From: Saccostrea cucullata
Lineage: Eukaryota
Length of the DNA: 64,000 nt
Assembly: GCF_032062105.1 (NCBI RefSeq)
Contig: NW_026935468.1
Coordinates: 1-64,000, forward strand
Direction: 5' to 3'
Shown here piece after piece: positions 61,401-64,000 of this stretch (position 1 is the stretch's first letter; each line of letters opens with the position of its first letter). Made by a program: the position numbers and the translations under genes. The notes beneath the pieces are model-generated. The model was not told where the DNA came from. It worked only from the letters and a program-made list of their open reading frames with translations, and made no database searches.

Positions 61401-64000
61401 ATAGTTCCAAACCCTCCAGTTATTGACCCAGGTAAGGAAAATGAAGGCTTCACAATGCTACATGATTGGTTAACTTCAGATTTTCAATGATTGGTTAACT
61501 TCAGAAAATTTTATATATATAGTCAATGATTGGTTAGATTTCAGATTTTCAATGATTGGTCAAATTCAGAGTTGCATGTTTTTCTCTCTTTCAACTTTTT
61601 GTCTCATGAAATTCAATCGAAACAAACTGAGTTTTAACTAGAAATTTTAGATCTACTATTGCAAGAATATAGTATAGTCTTCGCGCACTCAATAAAATAC
61701 TGCATAATTTTTATTTCAGTTTTTTGCAGAAAAGATCATCAGTTTGATTTTGCGTTGATGTAATTTAATAATCAGGATTTTTTCATGATGTTAAAAGACT
61801 AAGTCTAAGATTATGCAGTTACTGAGGAAATAAGTTTTTGTCTTTGCTTTCATGGTGACGTTGGCCATCTTGAAGATTTTAAATGTGTCATACTTAACTA
61901 GAATGGTTGATTTAGAAATGAAGTTTCGATAAGAATGTACGAGTTATCAGCAATAAAGGACAAAACTATTCACGAAAGAATTACAATGCTATCATACCCC
62001 AAAAGTTCGTAACTGGAGATATTTTTTCTATATACAGGTTTTAGTCTTTTTGTACAGAAGCAATACACCAACCTTTTGTACATCATGAAAAAAAAAATAA
62101 AAATTGGAATCTCCCTTTTATATTTCAGAGTGTGGAAGCGGGTTGTCCGACATTGTTTTTCTTCTGGACTCCTCGGGAAGCGAAAGAAAAATTAATTTCA
62201 ACAAGATGCTGAGTTTTGTTCAGAACTTTACACAGCAATTTGACATTGGTCCAAAGAATGTACAGGTGGGCGTGGCCACATTCTCTACGAGTACTCACGA
62301 GAGAATTAAGCTTAACCAGTACAGGTAGACAATTTTAATTAACTGTTATCAACAAATTATCAATTTTATGAGAAAAGACTTTTTGAGATCTTTATAAAAT
62401 TGTACTTCATCAACAACGACTTTTTAAAAAAGGGGGATAATTTGCAATTTATCAACTAAAATTCCATTATGGAATATAGTTCTACACTATTTTAACAGGC
62501 ACTTGTTTCGGAAATAAATTTTAACCCTTAGTATATACTATGGGTTAAAATTTATTTCCGAAACCAGTGCCTGTGACTATATTCTGTCGATACATTTTTA
62601 ATCTTTTCAGTATTAAACTGTTTTATCCCCTTATTTCAAAGCCCATATAAATATGCATGTATGGTCATTTCAGCGACAAGACAGCTTTGCTGGCGGCGAT
62701 ATCTGGTATTTATTACGACGCCGGAGCAACGTACACGGACGAGGCTTTAGAGTTTGCCAGAACACAGGCCTTCCTGCCGTCCCACGGTGGTAGACCTAAT
62801 GCCAGCAGGATCGTGGTCGTCATGACAGACGGACAGTCTATAAAGTATTTTAACTTTGGCTACCATCAATAATCTCAGCTTAGAAATAAAACTTTAATCA
62901 AGCACAAAAGCCTTAAAATACTTTCAGAAACAGTGGTCCATTGTGCGTGAATTACTTTAATGAGGATGATATTTAATTTAAAGTTATCATAAAATGAATT
63001 TATTGGACCTGGAGAAAAAAAATCTTGTCCGTTTAAATTTACAATAAAGCAACAGTGTACCTGCAAAAGAAAACTTCAACTTCGAAATGCAAAACGTGTA
63101 TTATATTAGTATTACAAAGAATAAAATTCGAATACATGTATGTAACCATCACTCCAGTGAATATTTTCGTATGAATATTACTATTCTTCACATCGTTTCA
63201 GTCATGCTAAAACCCTACAAGAAGCCACATCTTTGAAATCTCAGCCAAATATGAAAGTTATCTCCATTGGTATTGGATCTGGCGTCAACCAACAAGAATT
63301 GAATAGCATTGCCAGTGACTCACAGCACGTCTTCTCTGTCGCTAACTTTGATGTCTTGAACAAACTTAACTCAGAACTTACATTTACTTCTTGTCAAAGT
63401 CAGTAATTTTTTTTTATCTTGAATACTGCAAATCTCCTTTTATGATATATTTCAAAGTCCACTTTATACTCTTGTATTGAATTTCCTTTTTAGCGTGTGG
63501 ATTTATCCAGACAGCTGACATCATCTTTGCACTGGATTCCTCTGGAAGTGAAGGACCAATCAACTTCCAGAAGCAGCTGGACTTGGTCCAGTCGTTTGTC
63601 CGAGATCTCCCCGTTGGTCCGAACAACGTTCAATTCAGCGTTGTGTCATTTGGCTCTATGGTCCAAAATAACTTCTACCTGAACCAGTACTCGCAGAAAA
63701 GACCTATTTTAGATGCCATACAGAAGACGGATAATGTCGGTGGTTCAACTCAGACGGGAGATGCTCTAAAGTATATCAGGGAACACAACATTCTGCCACT
63801 GAATGGTGCTCGTTCTAACTCTTCTCTGTTCGTTGTTGTTCTAACAGATGGAACATCAACAAACAAAAGCGCCACCTTGACGGAAGCTAACCTGTTGAAA
63901 GCTTCCGGTGCAACTGTTGTCGCTATTGGCATAGGGTCGAATGTGGACAATGCAGAACTGAATGCGATAGCTTCTGATCCCAATCATGTGTTTACTACCC
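55489..64000 (+). CDS. Secreted multi-VWA protein, paralog B (runs off the window end within VWA6)
   Basis: Signal exon MRLALLLLALTAGVWTQVPT (55489-55549). Exons at ~57690-58069, 58692-58882, 58990-59556, 59668-59951, 60033-60312, 60439-60456, 60753-61311, 61406-61431, 62129-62324, 62674-62843, 63203-63398, 63494 onward. DxSxS..T..TDG MIDAS is intact in all six domains. Confidence 0.92.
58160..58328. mobile_element. Tc1/mariner-like MITE
   Basis: TATAGGGAAACCTGTCTAATCCGA ... TCGGATTAGACAGTTTTCACTGTA. Confidence 0.7.
61462..61570. repeat. Minisatellite, ~25-bp unit, 4 copies
   Basis: ATGATTGGTTAACTTCAGATTTTCA-like units in a VWA-B intron. Confidence 0.8.
62495..62574. repeat. 80-bp near-perfect palindrome (collapsed MITE-like)
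   Basis: ACAGGCACT.GTTTCGGAAATAAATTTTAACCC.TAGTA|TA|TACTA.GGGTTAAAATTTATTTCCGAAAC.AGTGCCTGT; flanks ACTATTTT / ACTATATT resemble a TSD. Confidence 0.9.

Noticed and set aside
45761-64000. Calling the VWA genes true collagen VI or matrilin orthologs
   Set aside because: No Gly-X-Y helix, EGF or coiled-coil region is seen in complete paralog A; the similarity is limited to VWA domains.

Overview
AT-rich, intron-containing animal genomic DNA. The repeats (a ~167-bp satellite inside Helentron-like elements, Penelope-like fragments) point to a bivalve, probably an oyster; this is inference. Splicing by hand gave these genes: (1) a complete 11-exon SLC28/CNT nucleoside transporter on the minus strand (1059-7331) with unusual substrate-site residues; (2) facing away from it, three tandem GDA1/CD39 NTPDase genes (14.9-34.1 kb). 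The first is a pseudogene (frameshift plus hAT insertion). The other two are intact and end in what looks like a GPI-anchor signal. Copies 1 and 2 lie in a ~10-kb tandem segmental duplication; (3) a convergent CIMIP1/C20orf85-like and EIF1AD pair; (4) two tandem secreted multi-VWA genes, one of which has altered its MIDAS metal site in 4 of 6 domains while keeping an open frame. Many MITEs, Helentron-like elements, Penelope-like fragments, palindromes and an interstitial TTAGGG tract are interspersed. The best candidate for an undescribed system is the clustered NTPDase plus divergent CNT locus, a possible extracellular nucleotide-scavenging module.
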